In this document: piece by piece, positions 1 through 9,331 of the stretch
How the letters are laid out: each line of letters begins with the position of its first letter
How positions within the stretch are numbered: the first letter of the stretch is position 1
Source: an uncultured delta proteobacterium
GTDB taxonomy: Bacteria > Myxococcota_A > UBA9160 > SMWR01
NCBI GenBank assembly: GCA_963785985.1
Contig: CAWAXD010000024.1
Coordinates: 68,885-132,884, forward strand
DNA: 64,000 nt
Direction of reading: 5' to 3'
The notes under the pieces: generated by a model
Told to the model about the DNA's origin: nothing
What the model saw: only the letters and a program-made list of their open reading frames with translations
Databases searched by the model: none
Made by a program: the position numbers and the translations under genes

Positions 1-569
1 AGAATCAACACGGCGTCCACGCCGACGGCGGCGCGATGCAGCCAGGTGTCGCGCGGGCTGTGGAACGGCAGGAAGCGGATCTGGATCCACAGCAGGAGCG
101 CCAGTGGGATCATGACCGCCGTCATCCAGGTGATGAAGGCGGAGAGCAGGTGCAGGATGCGCGAGGGCGCCCCGCCGGTCAGATAGAGCACGTAGTAGAA
201 GTTCGCGACGCGCTGGCGCAGCAGCGTCCGCTGCGGCTCCCCGACCCGGTCCACCTCCTGGTCGAAGCGCGCGAGCTCGTTGCCGAGGATCGAGAGCTGC
301 AAGAGCAGGTCCGAGTGCAGCAGCACGATCAGCCAGGGTGCAATCGTGTAGAAGCCGAACGGCCCGATGATCGGGATCTGGGCGTTGAGCAGCGGAAGCG
401 TCACCAGATTCGAGGCCCGCAGCAGCATCTCATGGGTCGTCGACGCGACCGTCACCGCGACGTACGCGCCGACGCTGACGAACGTGACGAAGCGCGTGCT
501 GACGGCGTTGGCTGCGTCGTTCACCGAGCCGAGCAACTTCTCGGCGATCTGCTCCCGTCCCTCTGCCAT
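1..569 (-). CDS. hypothetical polytopic membrane protein, N-terminal part only (gene continues past the left edge)
   Basis: From my own reverse-strand translation. ATG at 569-567 with the frame open to position 3: MAEGREQIAEKLLGSVNDAANAVSTRFVTFVSVGAYVAVTVASTTHEMLL... The product has several hydrophobic helices and GC-rich third codon positions. It is absent from the ORF track because no stop lies inside the window. Confidence 0.55.
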   Translation of the reverse strand, partial: MAEGREQIAEKLLGSVNDAANAVSTRFVTFVSVGAYVAVTVASTTHEMLLRASNLVTLPLLNAQIPIIGPFGFYTIAPWLIVLLHSDLLLQLSILGNELARFDQEVDRVGEPQRTLLRQRVANFYYVLYLTGGAPSRILHLLSAFITWMTAVMIPLALLLWIQIRFLPFHSPRDTWLHRAAVGVDAVLI

Positions 570-576
570 GTCGCCC

Positions 577-1335
577 CTACTTCCGCTTCGCGAAGAAGGC
601 GCGGATCGCCTCCAGGTTCTCGGGCGAGCCGATGCGCTCGCGGAAGGCGTCGTCTTCGCGCGCCCGCGCCGCGCGGATCGCTTCCCGCTCGCATTCGCGC
701 ACGAGCCGCTTCGTGTGGCGCAGCGAGCCGATCGGGTGCTGCGCGATGCGCGCCGCGAGCTCATTCATTTCGGGCAGCAGCTGCTCTGGCGCCAGCTCGC
801 GGGCCGCGAGCCCGATCTCGACGGCGCGCGCGGAGCTCACCCAATCCGCCGTGAACAGGATCTCGGCCGCGGCCTGATGGCCCACGCGCAGCGGCAGCAG
901 ATAGCTGCTTGCCGCCTCGGGCACGACGCCGAGCGAGACGAAGGGCACGCGCAGGCGCGCGCCGCGCGCGATGTAGACCACGTCGCAGTGCAGCAGCAAC
1001 GTGAGGCCGAGCCCCACGCCGACGCCGTTGACGGCAGCGAGCAGCGGCTTGTCGAAGCTGACCACGCGGTCGAGGCAGGCGCCGAAGGGGTGCTCTCCGC
1101 CGCTGGCCCCGGCCGCCGGCAGCGCCATCTCGGCGAGATCCTGCCCGGCGGTGAAGGCCTCTCCGGCGCCGGTCAGGATCACCACCTTCACGAGGTCGTC
1201 GTCGAGTGCGCGGTCGAGCGCGTCGCGCAGCAGCCGATATTGCTGCGCATCGAACGCGTTGCGCGCTTCGGGCCGGTCGAAGGTCAGCGTGCGCACGCCA
1301 TTCTCGGTCGCTTCGCGCAGACTCTGCCGTGTCAC
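577..1335 (-). CDS. enoyl-CoA hydratase/isomerase (crotonase) family protein
   Basis: Lies in ORF 577..1404. Crotonase-type segment VRTLTFDRPEARNAF...VVILTGAGEAFTAGQDLAEM. Start set at GTG 1335, just after the upstream stop (1337-1339). The ATG at 1404 would overlap the upstream gene by 68 nt. Confidence 0.85.
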   Translation of the reverse strand: MTRQSLREATENGVRTLTFDRPEARNAFDAQQYRLLRDALDRALDDDLVKVVILTGAGEAFTAGQDLAEMALPAAGASGGEHPFGACLDRVVSFDKPLLAAVNGVGVGLGLTLLLHCDVVYIARGARLRVPFVSLGVVPEAASSYLLPLRVGHQAAAEILFTADWVSSARAVEIGLAARELAPEQLLPEMNELAARIAQHPIGSLRHTKRLVRECEREAIRAARAREDDAFRERIGSPENLEAIRAFFAKRK

Positions 1336-1336
1336 T

Positions 1337-2647
1337 TCAAGCCTCTCTTGCCGCAGCCTCGACGCTCTCGCGCGTGATGGCGAGCAGCTGGTCGAGATCC
1401 GCATCGGGAATGTTCAGGGAGGGCGTCACGTAGACGACGTTGCCCAGCGGCCGCAGATAGGCGCCGCGGCGCAGCGCCTCCTCGTAGACGCGCCAACCCG
1501 TGCGCGCGAGATAGCCCGCAGCACCGGCGAGGTCGAGGGCGCCCACCATGCCGAGCGCGCGCGTGCTCGCCACCCCCGGAAGACCGCGCATGCCCTCGAA
1601 GGCGGCGGCGATGCGCGCGGCCTTCGGCGCCGCGCTCGCGAGGATCTTCTCGTCCTCGAACACGCGCAGAACCTCGAGCGCCACCGCGGCGCCGAGCGGG
1701 TGGCCACAGAAAGTGTGGCCATAATAGAACGCGCGCGTGGCGTCGCCGAGGAAGCCGTCGAACACGCGCGGCGTCGCGAGCGTCGCCGCCATCGGAAGCA
1801 GACCCCCCGTGAAGCCCTTCGCCGTGCACAGCAGGTCGGGCGACACGCCCGCGTGCGCGGCCGCCCACATCGGGCCGCTGCGCCCGTAGCCGGTGAAGAC
1901 CTCGTCGAAGATCAGGAACACGTCGTGGCGATCGCACAGCTCGCGGGCGGCGCTCAAGAAGGCGGGATCGTAGGAGCGCATGCCGGCAGCGCCCTGGAGC
2001 ACGGGCTCGACCACCAGCGCGGCGATCGTGCTCGCGTGCTCGGCGAGCGTGCGAGCGAGCGCCTCGACTGCGCGCGGCGTGCTGCCGGGCTCGCGCGGCG
2101 GCGCCACGAAGAAGCACTCGAGCAGCGCCCCCACGAACGGGCGCCGGAACGCCTCGACCCCGCCGATCGCGGTCGCTCCGAGCGTCTCGCCGTGGAAGGC
2201 GTCCTCGAGCGCCACGAAGCGGCGTCGCCCGGGCCGCCCGTTCTGGGCCCAGTACTGGAGCGCGAGCTTGAGCGCGACTTCGACGGCCGTCGAGCCATCG
2301 TCGCTGTAGAAGACGTGCTCGAGGCCCGCCGGCGCGACCCGACACAGCGCCTCGGCGAGCTCGGCGGCGGGCGCGTGCGCGATGCCGGCCAGCGCCGTGT
2401 GGCCGAGCGCATCCGCTTGAAGCCGCAGCGCCGCGAGCAGGCGGGGATGCGCATGCCCCAGCGTCGACGACCACCACGAGGCGTTGCCGTCTAGATAGCC
2501 GCGCCCATCCGCATCGAAGAGGCGCGACCCCTCCGCGCGCACGATCACGAGCGGGTCCGGCCCCTCGCGATAGCGTCCCATTTCGGTGTATGGATGCCAC
2601 ACCCGACGCTTGTCGAGCGCGACGATTCGCGAGCGCGCCGATTCCAC
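1337..2647 (-). CDS. bioA: class-III PLP aminotransferase, adenosylmethionine-8-amino-7-oxononanoate aminotransferase-like
   Basis: 436-aa ORF. BioA-like blocks DKRRVWHPYT, FHGETLGA, FDEVFTGYGRSG and LCTAKGFTGGLLP (PLP lysine). GTG start. Confidence 0.75.
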   Translation of the reverse strand: MESARSRIVALDKRRVWHPYTEMGRYREGPDPLVIVRAEGSRLFDADGRGYLDGNASWWSSTLGHAHPRLLAALRLQADALGHTALAGIAHAPAAELAEALCRVAPAGLEHVFYSDDGSTAVEVALKLALQYWAQNGRPGRRRFVALEDAFHGETLGATAIGGVEAFRRPFVGALLECFFVAPPREPGSTPRAVEALARTLAEHASTIAALVVEPVLQGAAGMRSYDPAFLSAARELCDRHDVFLIFDEVFTGYGRSGPMWAAAHAGVSPDLLCTAKGFTGGLLPMAATLATPRVFDGFLGDATRAFYYGHTFCGHPLGAAVALEVLRVFEDEKILASAAPKAARIAAAFEGMRGLPGVASTRALGMVGALDLAGAAGYLARTGWRVYEEALRRGAYLRPLGNVVYVTPSLNIPDADLDQLLAITRESVEAAAREA

Positions 2648-2657
2648 CGTCGCTGGA

Positions 2658-3686
2658 CTAGAGCACGAGCTCCGCGAGCAGCCGCAGGGCCTCCGGCTGG
2701 CCCGCGCCGATCAGCATCGAGGTCGCGGGCGACCGCTTCCAGGCTGCGACGCGATCGCGGATCCGCTCCTTCGGGCCGACGAGCGCGATCTCGTCCACCA
2801 GCTTGTCGGGCACCGCCGCCATCGCCTCGGCCTTCTTCCCATCCAGGTAGAGATCCTGGATCTTCACCGCAGCCGCTTCGTACCCGAGGCGCTTCGCATA
2901 GTCGTTGTAGAAGTTCTTGCCGCGCGCGCCCATGCCGCCGATGTAGAGCGCGAGCATCCCCTTCACCGGCATGCGGCAGCGATCGAGATCGTCGCCCAGC
3001 ACGCAGGTGATGAAGGGCGCGAGGTCGAAGTCCGCGAGCTTGCGCTTGCCACCGGTCGTCGCGAGGCCCTTCTCGATCGACGGCATCAGCACGTCGCCGC
3101 GCTCGGGGTTCATCCAGACGGGAAACACGCCGTCGGCGACTTCGCCCGCGCACTCGAGTCCGTTCGGGCTGATCGCGGCGGTGTAGATCTTCAGGTCGGC
3201 GCGCCCGTGCAGGATGCTCTTCAGCGGCTTGCCGAGACCGCTGGCGCCCGGGCCCCGGTAGGGAATCTGGTAGTGGTACCCCTTGTGCTCGAGCGGCTCC
3301 TCGCGCGCGAGGATCTTGCGCACGATCGTGATGTATTCGCGCGTGCGCGTCAGCGGCCGGCCATACGCCACGCCGTGCCAGCCCTCGATCACCTGCGGGC
3401 CCGAGGGGCCGAGCCCCAGGATGAACCGGCCGCCCGACAGGGCATCGAGCGTCATCGCCGTCATCGCGGTCATCGCGGGCGTGCGCGCCGGCATCTGCAT
3501 GATCGCCGTGCCTAGCCTGATCTTGCTGGTCTTCGCCGCGATCCAGGTCAGCGGCGTGATGGCGTCGTTGCCGTAGGCCTCGGCCGTCCAGACCGAGTCG
3601 AAGCCGAGCCGCTCGGCTTCGAGGATCAGGTCGATGGGTACGGAAGGCTTGGGACCGAACTGGCCGGCGAGCAGACCGAGACGCAT
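2658..3686 (-). CDS. LLM-class (luciferase-like) F420/flavin-dependent oxidoreductase
   Basis: 342 aa: [38 protein letters not shown]...[27 protein letters not shown] Shine-Dalgarno upstream of ATG 3686. Confidence 0.85.
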   Translation of the reverse strand: MRLGLLAGQFGPKPSVPIDLILEAERLGFDSVWTAEAYGNDAITPLTWIAAKTSKIRLGTAIMQMPARTPAMTAMTAMTLDALSGGRFILGLGPSGPQVIEGWHGVAYGRPLTRTREYITIVRKILAREEPLEHKGYHYQIPYRGPGASGLGKPLKSILHGRADLKIYTAAISPNGLECAGEVADGVFPVWMNPERGDVLMPSIEKGLATTGGKRKLADFDLAPFITCVLGDDLDRCRMPVKGMLALYIGGMGARGKNFYNDYAKRLGYEAAAVKIQDLYLDGKKAEAMAAVPDKLVDEIALVGPKERIRDRVAAWKRSPATSMLIGAGQPEALRLLAELVL

Positions 3687-3749
3687 GGGGGGCTCTCCTT
3701 GCTGCCGGGGGGTCCGGCGCAGGCGCAGAGCATATCGGATCCGGGACGC

Positions 3750-6299
3750 TCAAGTCGCGGCCGGCGTCTCCTCGAGCGGCGTGGCGTCGAGCGGCAGCTC
3801 GATCACGAACGTCGCGCCATGGCCCGGCTCGGACTCGACGCGGATGCGGCCGCGGTGGCGCTCGATGATCCCGTGCGAGAGCGAGAGGCCCAGCCCCGTG
3901 CCGACGCCCACCGGCTTGGTGGTGAAGAACGGATCGAAGATGCGGGTCTGCACCTCGGGCGGGATGCCGGGGCCCGTGTCGTGGAACTCGAGCCGGACGC
4001 CTTCCGGGGTGCGGCGGGTCTTGATGCGGATCTCGCCCTTGCCGTCGATCGCGTCGCAGGCATTCATCAGCAGATTCAGGAAGACCTGGTTCAGCTGGCC
4101 GGGATAGCAGCGCACGCGCGGGAGCTGCCCGTAATCGCGCACCACCGTGATCGCGTTCTTGAAGCGCGGCTCCATCAAGGCCAGCGTGCGATCGATCTCC
4201 TCGTGCAGGTCGGCGTCCTGCACGTCGGCCTGGTCCATGCGCGAGAAGGTTCGCAGGTCCTGCACGATCTTCTTGACGCGCTGGGTGCCCTCGCGGCTGC
4301 GCGCGAGCAGCTTGCTGATGGTCTCCCGAATGCGCTCGGTGTCGGCGTCCGTGCGCTGACCCTCGACGAGCTTCTGGATGTACTCGTCGAGCAACTGGAG
4401 ATTCGCGTGAACGAAGCCGATCGGATTGTTGAGCTCGTGGGCGACGCCCGCGACGAGCTGGCCCAGCGACTTCATCTTCTCCGCCTGCGTGAGCTGCGCC
4501 TGGATGTCGCGCAGCTCGCGCGTGCGCTCCTCGACGCGCGCCTCGAGCGTTTCGTTGAGCTTCGCAATCTCGTCGAAGGCCTTGGCGTTCTCGATCGCGA
4601 TCGAGCTCTGGTTCGCGAGCGTGCGCATCAGCAGGCGATCGTCCGCAGCGAGGCGATCGCCGGAGAGCTTGCGCCCCACGGCGATCACGCCGAGCAGATC
4701 GACGCCGTAGAGGATGGGGACGAGCAGCTCGACCTCGAGCGTGTCGAACACGTCGCGGCAGGCCTCGCGGCTCTCGAGATCGTGCTCGTCGTCGAAATCG
4801 ACGCGCGAGAGGTCCTCCCGCCGCATCCAGAGGTGCTTCCAGATCGGGTGGTCGGAGGGAATCTCGATCTTGAGCGCATCGCCGTCCCAATCGCCCCGCG
4901 AGGCGATCGGCTGCAGCAGCTTGCCCTTGTCGTCGACCAGCAGGACCATCGCGCGCTCGACGCCCATCGTGTCCGTCAGCGCCACGAGGATGCGATCCGC
5001 GATCTCGCCGAGCGACAGCATCGAGACCATCGCCTCGGAGATCTCGCGCACCGCCACCCGGTAGGCGGCGCGGTCGCGATCGAAGAAGCGGTCGACGAGC
5101 GCCTGCAAGCGGGTGCGCGCGGGATTGAAGAGCAGGATCGCGACGAAGAGCAGCGCCACCTGTGCGGGCCGCTCGCTCACGCCGAAGCGCGTAACGAGCG
5201 TGTCCGCGAAGGTGATGGCGAAGGCGAAGGCTCCGGTGATGCCGAGCGTCGCGGCGCCATAGGCGGCCGACGACTTCGCGAGGCTGCGCACCTCGAAGAG
5301 CTGGCGCCTCACGATCCCGTAGCCGACGGCGAGCGGGAACACGAAGACCCAGAGCAGCGGCAGGTAGAACGGGAACGACGTCCGGAACAGGATCTCCGCG
5401 ACGAGCCCCACCACCGCGGGCAGGAAGCTCACCACCGCGCCCAGGAAGACCACGTCGGCGTGATCGCGCAGCGCGCCTTCGCGGTGCCGGTGGCGCTCGA
5501 TGCCGACGATCGCCAGCGACACCACGAAGAGCCCGAGCGTATAGGCGAGCGCGAGGCTCGAGCCGGTCCCCGCGCGCATGCCGAGCATGTGATCCGCGAT
5601 CGCAAACCAGCCGAGCACGACCGCGGCGAGATAGGGCAACACCTGGATGCGGCGGTGCCGCACGATCCAGTCGGGTTCGATCGGGTAGCTGGTGAACAAA
5701 TGGAAGGTGGTCGCGCCGATCAGCGGCAGGTTGACCATCAAGCGCGGGAACGACCACGCGATGTAGTCGGACTGGATCACGGTGGCGAGCTGCACGGACA
5801 TCGTCGAGCAGAAGAGCAGCAGCGCCCACGCGCCGGCGCGGTCCGGTCGCATCCACCACACCGCCCCGCCGGTGACGAGATAGATCATGGCGACGACGAG
5901 CAGGAGCGCGTGAAACAGGGACTCGGTCGGCGCGCGCGTCTCGGCGCAGGGAACCGGCGGAAGCGTGAGCGTGATGAGCCGACCGTCGCGCTTCTCGAGC
6001 AGATAGACGTTGGGCACGCCGGCGCGCAGCCAGTGACTACCCTGGCGCTGCTGATAGAGATAGGGGACGCCGTTGACCTCGAGGATGCTGTCGCCGGGGC
6101 TCGCGCCGGCCTCGGCCGCCGAGGCGGAAACCCTCTCGATCACGGCCCGGCCGCCGAGCCGCGAATCCGAAAAGGGGTGGCTGAGGGCGCCCGGCTGCGA
6201 GCGCAACCCCCCGATCGACAAGAAGATCGCGAGCAGCGCCCAGGCGATCGCAAGAAACGCCGTCCAGCGCCGCATCCGCAGGGTGGAGGTGGGGTTCAT
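3750..6299 (-). CDS. sensor histidine kinase with PDZ-like periplasmic module, polytopic membrane domain, GAF domain, HisKA and HATPase
   Basis: 849 aa. N-terminal signal/TM, then ASPGDSILEVNGVPY (PDZ-like) and about 7 hydrophobic helices. H-box AGVAHELNNPIGFV, N-box NLLMNACDAI, G-boxes DTGPGIPPEV and GTGLGLSLSHGII. Confidence 0.9.
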   Translation of the reverse strand: MNPTSTLRMRRWTAFLAIAWALLAIFLSIGGLRSQPGALSHPFSDSRLGGRAVIERVSASAAEAGASPGDSILEVNGVPYLYQQRQGSHWLRAGVPNVYLLEKRDGRLITLTLPPVPCAETRAPTESLFHALLLVVAMIYLVTGGAVWWMRPDRAGAWALLLFCSTMSVQLATVIQSDYIAWSFPRLMVNLPLIGATTFHLFTSYPIEPDWIVRHRRIQVLPYLAAVVLGWFAIADHMLGMRAGTGSSLALAYTLGLFVVSLAIVGIERHRHREGALRDHADVVFLGAVVSFLPAVVGLVAEILFRTSFPFYLPLLWVFVFPLAVGYGIVRRQLFEVRSLAKSSAAYGAATLGITGAFAFAITFADTLVTRFGVSERPAQVALLFVAILLFNPARTRLQALVDRFFDRDRAAYRVAVREISEAMVSMLSLGEIADRILVALTDTMGVERAMVLLVDDKGKLLQPIASRGDWDGDALKIEIPSDHPIWKHLWMRREDLSRVDFDDEHDLESREACRDVFDTLEVELLVPILYGVDLLGVIAVGRKLSGDRLAADDRLLMRTLANQSSIAIENAKAFDEIAKLNETLEARVEERTRELRDIQAQLTQAEKMKSLGQLVAGVAHELNNPIGFVHANLQLLDEYIQKLVEGQRTDADTERIRETISKLLARSREGTQRVKKIVQDLRTFSRMDQADVQDADLHEEIDRTLALMEPRFKNAITVVRDYGQLPRVRCYPGQLNQVFLNLLMNACDAIDGKGEIRIKTRRTPEGVRLEFHDTGPGIPPEVQTRIFDPFFTTKPVGVGTGLGLSLSHGIIERHRGRIRVESEPGHGATFVIELPLDATPLEETPAAT

Positions 6300-6426
6300 T
6301 GCGCTCCGAGCACCCCCCGCATGCTACCAGAGCGGCGGAACCCGGCGGCAGTGCAGGCAGAGCGCAGCGAGGCGCAGGCGGGCGAAGTCCGGACGGGCGC
6401 GAGCGGCGCCCGCGCCGGGGGCCAGT

Positions 6427-6765
6427 CTACTGCTCGGCGCGCAGGCGCTCGAGATCGATGGTCTCGCGGTCGAGCTGGCTTCCCGTGGCGTAGTTGTAGC
6501 CGCGGTTGTTCAGCACGATGATCCGGCCCGCATCGGCGGGATCCATCTGGGCGGCGATCTGCTTGCGGATCTGCTCGAGGGCCGGACCGGCCTGTGCGAG
6601 ATCGGCCTCCGGGCCCTGCTGGTTACACGTGGGACCGTCGTTGCTCGCGAGCGGCTTATTGGGCTCGTCGGCCCGCACGGCCTTCACGCCGGGGAGGGCG
6701 AGCACGAACGTCGCGAGGAGCGCGAGGCTCCCGACCATCAGCTTCCAGTCGAACAGCGATCGCAT
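6427..6765 (-). CDS. small secreted hypothetical protein
   Basis: Inner ATG (6765) of ORF 6427..7299 gives 112 aa: MRSLFDWKLMVGSLALLATFVLALPGVKAVRA (signal peptide) followed by a hydrophilic domain. The upstream part of the ORF is Arg/Pro-rich shadow. Confidence 0.55.
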   Translation of the reverse strand: MRSLFDWKLMVGSLALLATFVLALPGVKAVRADEPNKPLASNDGPTCNQQGPEADLAQAGPALEQIRKQIAAQMDPADAGRIIVLNNRGYNYATGSQLDRETIDLERLRAEQ

Positions 6766-6988
6766 GACAGCCTCCGTGGTACTCTGGCACCACCCCCTTT
6801 CATCGGCCATTCGCGGGCCGCGCTTGACGGCAGCCGCCGCGATCGGCCACCGTCGCGGGCGGGGATTGCGGGCGGCTTGCCGCCCGGCTGCCGCGTGGCT
6901 GCCGCGAACCTGCCGCAGCGCGGGCAGCGGGAGACCGCGAGGCGCGGAATCCGGGAGCTGGAGGCTCCGGAAGACAGGCGGGAAGTCC

Positions 6989-8089
6989 ATGCAGCTCGTC
7001 AGTTTCGAGCGCCGCACGGGTGACACCGTTTCGGATCGCAGCGAGGCGGGCCGCCGGCCGCCCTCGCTGGCCGATTCCGCGCTCGGCTTCGAGTCCCTGG
7101 ATGCGACGCGGCCGGGTGTGCGCCGGCTCGGCGCCGTGCTCCCCGGCGGGCCCCACGCCGGCTCGATCGTCGATCTCAATCGCGCGCTCGCGATCCGCCT
7201 CGCCGGCGAAGACGTCGGCGCTCCCGAGGCCGAAGCCGATTCGCTGCTGCCCCCCGAGATGCATGCCTTCCTGCGGCGCGGCCCCGCGGCGCTCGCCATG
7301 GCGCGCGCCGCGCTCGAGTTCGCCGCGGACGCCGTCGACCGCTACGACGCCCCCGATCTGCTGCGCGCCGGAGTCGTCGAGGCGCGCCGGCGCGTACACT
7401 TGTGGGCGCCCGTCCCGCGGCCGCGCAAGATCATCGCCGTCGCGCGCAACTACCCCGCGCACGCTCGCGAGCGCGGGAGCGCAGCGCCGCCCTCCGAGCC
7501 GGTGCTCTTCCTCAAGGCGCCGTCCGCGGTGATCGGCCCCGACGACGAGATCCTGCTCCCGGCGGCCAGCTCGCGCGTCGACTGGGAGGGCGAGCTCGCG
7601 GCCGTGATCGGCTCGCGCGCGCGCGACGTCAGCGCGCAGGACGCGCTCGCCTGCGTAGCCGGCTACTGCGTCGCCAACGACGTCTCCGCCCGCGATTTCC
7701 AGAACGAGCGCGGCCAGCACTTCATCGGAAAATCCTGCGACACGTTCGCTCCGCTCGGCCCGGCGCTCGTCACCGCCGACGAGATCCCCGACCCGCAAGA
7801 CCTCGGCATCCGGACGCTCGTGTCGGGCGAGACGATGCAAGCGGCGCGCACCAAGGAGATGATCTTCCCGATCGCCGAGCTCATCGCGTTCATCTCGAAG
7901 CTGATGACGCTCGAGCCGGGCGACGTGCTGCTCACGGGCACGCCGGCGGGAGTCGGCGCCGCACGCACGCCGCCGCGCTGGCTGCGCGATGGCGACGTCG
8001 TCGAAATCGAGATCGAGCGGGTGGGACGGCTGCGAAACTACGTGCGCGCCGCGCCCGTGGCGCCCGCCAGCGGCGCCTCGGGCGCGTAG
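6989..8089 (+). CDS. fumarylacetoacetate hydrolase (FAH) family protein
   Basis: ATG 6989 inside ORF 6506..8089. C-terminal FAH fold: KIIAVARNYPAHARE...VDWEGELAAVIG...GKSCDTFAPLGP...LEPGDVLLTGTPAGVG. Confidence 0.85.
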   Translation: MQLVSFERRTGDTVSDRSEAGRRPPSLADSALGFESLDATRPGVRRLGAVLPGGPHAGSIVDLNRALAIRLAGEDVGAPEAEADSLLPPEMHAFLRRGPAALAMARAALEFAADAVDRYDAPDLLRAGVVEARRRVHLWAPVPRPRKIIAVARNYPAHARERGSAAPPSEPVLFLKAPSAVIGPDDEILLPAASSRVDWEGELAAVIGSRARDVSAQDALACVAGYCVANDVSARDFQNERGQHFIGKSCDTFAPLGPALVTADEIPDPQDLGIRTLVSGETMQAARTKEMIFPIAELIAFISKLMTLEPGDVLLTGTPAGVGAARTPPRWLRDGDVVEIEIERVGRLRNYVRAAPVAPASGASGA

Positions 8090-8595
8090 CGGATCAGCAC
8101 GCGGCTGCCGTCGCGCACCCCGGCGCGCATCTTGTCGCGCCAGGCGCCGATCTCGCTCGGGTACTTCTTCTCGTAGCTGGCGAGCAGTTCGTCCAGCACG
8201 CCGTCGCTTCGAACCAGCGAGGCGCGCGCCACGCAGCTCGGCCCCGCCCGGAAGGCTTGATTGCGGCCGATCATCTGCTTCCAGCGCCCGTAATCCCCCA
8301 CCCACAGGCGGGCGCGCGTGAGGCCGCGCGCCAGGCTGCGCGCCTTCCAGGTCGTGGCCGCCGTGATCACCACGACCGCTCCGTCGATCCACCCGAACCA
8401 CACTTCCGCGTGACAGCTGCTCTCGGCGCCGTCTCGGAGCAGCGGGCTCACGTAGACGTATGGGCTCGACGCGAGCGCGCGCGCGAGGGTCGGATCGAGG
8501 GCGCTGCGGGCGGGCGGTGTCTGCGCGCGCGCCAGCGCGGCCGGAACCAGCGCGATCCCGACCAGAGCCTCGAGCAGCGTCCGGCGATCGATCAA
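8038..8595 (-). CDS. hypothetical exported protein with twin-arginine-type signal
   Basis: Lies in ORF 8038..8664. A TTG at 8595 overlaps the cysH stop (TTGA) and gives LIDRRTLLEALVGIALVPAALARA (Tat-like RR plus h-region plus ARA). I recognise no family. The exact start is uncertain. Confidence 0.55.
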   Translation of the reverse strand: MIDRRTLLEALVGIALVPAALARAQTPPARSALDPTLARALASSPYVYVSPLLRDGAESSCHAEVWFGWIDGAVVVITAATTWKARSLARGLTRARLWVGDYGRWKQMIGRNQAFRAGPSCVARASLVRSDGVLDELLASYEKKYPSEIGAWRDKMRAGVRDGSRVLIRYAPEAPLAGATGAART

Positions 8596-9329
8596 ATGCC
8601 GGACCCCTTCTCCTGCTCGTCCACGTGGATGCCGCACTCGCGCGTCTCGGGGCTCTCCCACCACCAGCGGCCCGCGCGCGGATCGTCACCCGCCGCGATC
8701 GCGCGCGAGCAGGGGTCGCAGCCCACCGACGGATAGCCTTCGGCGTGCAGGCGGTTGATGGGGACGTCGTGCTTGCGCACGTAGGCGAGCACCTGTTCGT
8801 GCGTCCAGTCGGCGATCGGATTCACCTTCACGATGCCGCCGTGCTGGTTGTCGAATTGAACCTTCGCAGTGTCTTCGCGCGTCACGCCCTGGTCGCGGCG
8901 CAAGCCCGCCACCCAGGCGTCGAGCGTGGCGAGGTAGCGATTCAGCGGCTCGACCTTGCGCAGCCGGCAGCAGAGCTGGCGGTTCTCGATCGATTCGTAG
9001 AAGAGATTCATCCCCTTCGCCTGCACCATCGCCTCGACGGCGGCGGCCTCCGGGAAGACGACCTCGACGCGCTTGTCGTAGCGGTCGCGCACGCGATCGA
9101 TCAGGTCGTAGGTGGCTTGCGGCAGGCGGCCCGTATCGAGCACGAAGACCCGCGCAGCCGGGTCGATGCGGTGCATCATGTCGAGCAGCACCAGACCCTC
9201 GGGCGCGCCGAACGAGCAGGAGAGCGCGATCTTCGGGGCGAAGCTCTTGAGCGCCCAGCTCAGCAGCTGCTGCGGATCGAGCGCCTCGCCCTGTCCGGAC
9301 TCGATGAAGCGCCGGATTGCGTCGTGCAT
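8592..9329 (-). CDS. cysH: phosphoadenosine/adenosine 5-phosphosulfate reductase, Fe-S (APS-reductase) type
   Basis: ATG 9329 inside ORF 8592..9944, 245 aa. PAPS_reduct fold. Cys pair QLCCRLRK plus GCDPC (the CC...CxxC cluster ligands of APS reductases) and C-terminal ECGIH. Confidence 0.9.
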   Translation of the reverse strand: MHDAIRRFIESGQGEALDPQQLLSWALKSFAPKIALSCSFGAPEGLVLLDMMHRIDPAARVFVLDTGRLPQATYDLIDRVRDRYDKRVEVVFPEAAAVEAMVQAKGMNLFYESIENRQLCCRLRKVEPLNRYLATLDAWVAGLRRDQGVTREDTAKVQFDNQHGGIVKVNPIADWTHEQVLAYVRKHDVPINRLHAEGYPSVGCDPCSRAIAAGDDPRAGRWWWESPETRECGIHVDEQEKGSGI

Positions 9330-9331
9330 GG

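Noticed and set aside
3451-3477. Short tandem repeat considered as a CRISPR or minisatellite.
   Set aside because: It has only three 9-nt units, no spacers, and is in frame inside a conserved gene. It is not a CRISPR array.
2545-6521. Two very long ORFs, 2545..5859 (-) of 1104 aa and 3699..6521 (+) of 940 aa.
   Set aside because: They are Arg/Ala/Pro/Gly-rich with no recognisable motifs. They lie out of frame or antisense to the well-supported LLM oxidoreductase and histidine kinase genes, as is typical of high-GC shadow frames.
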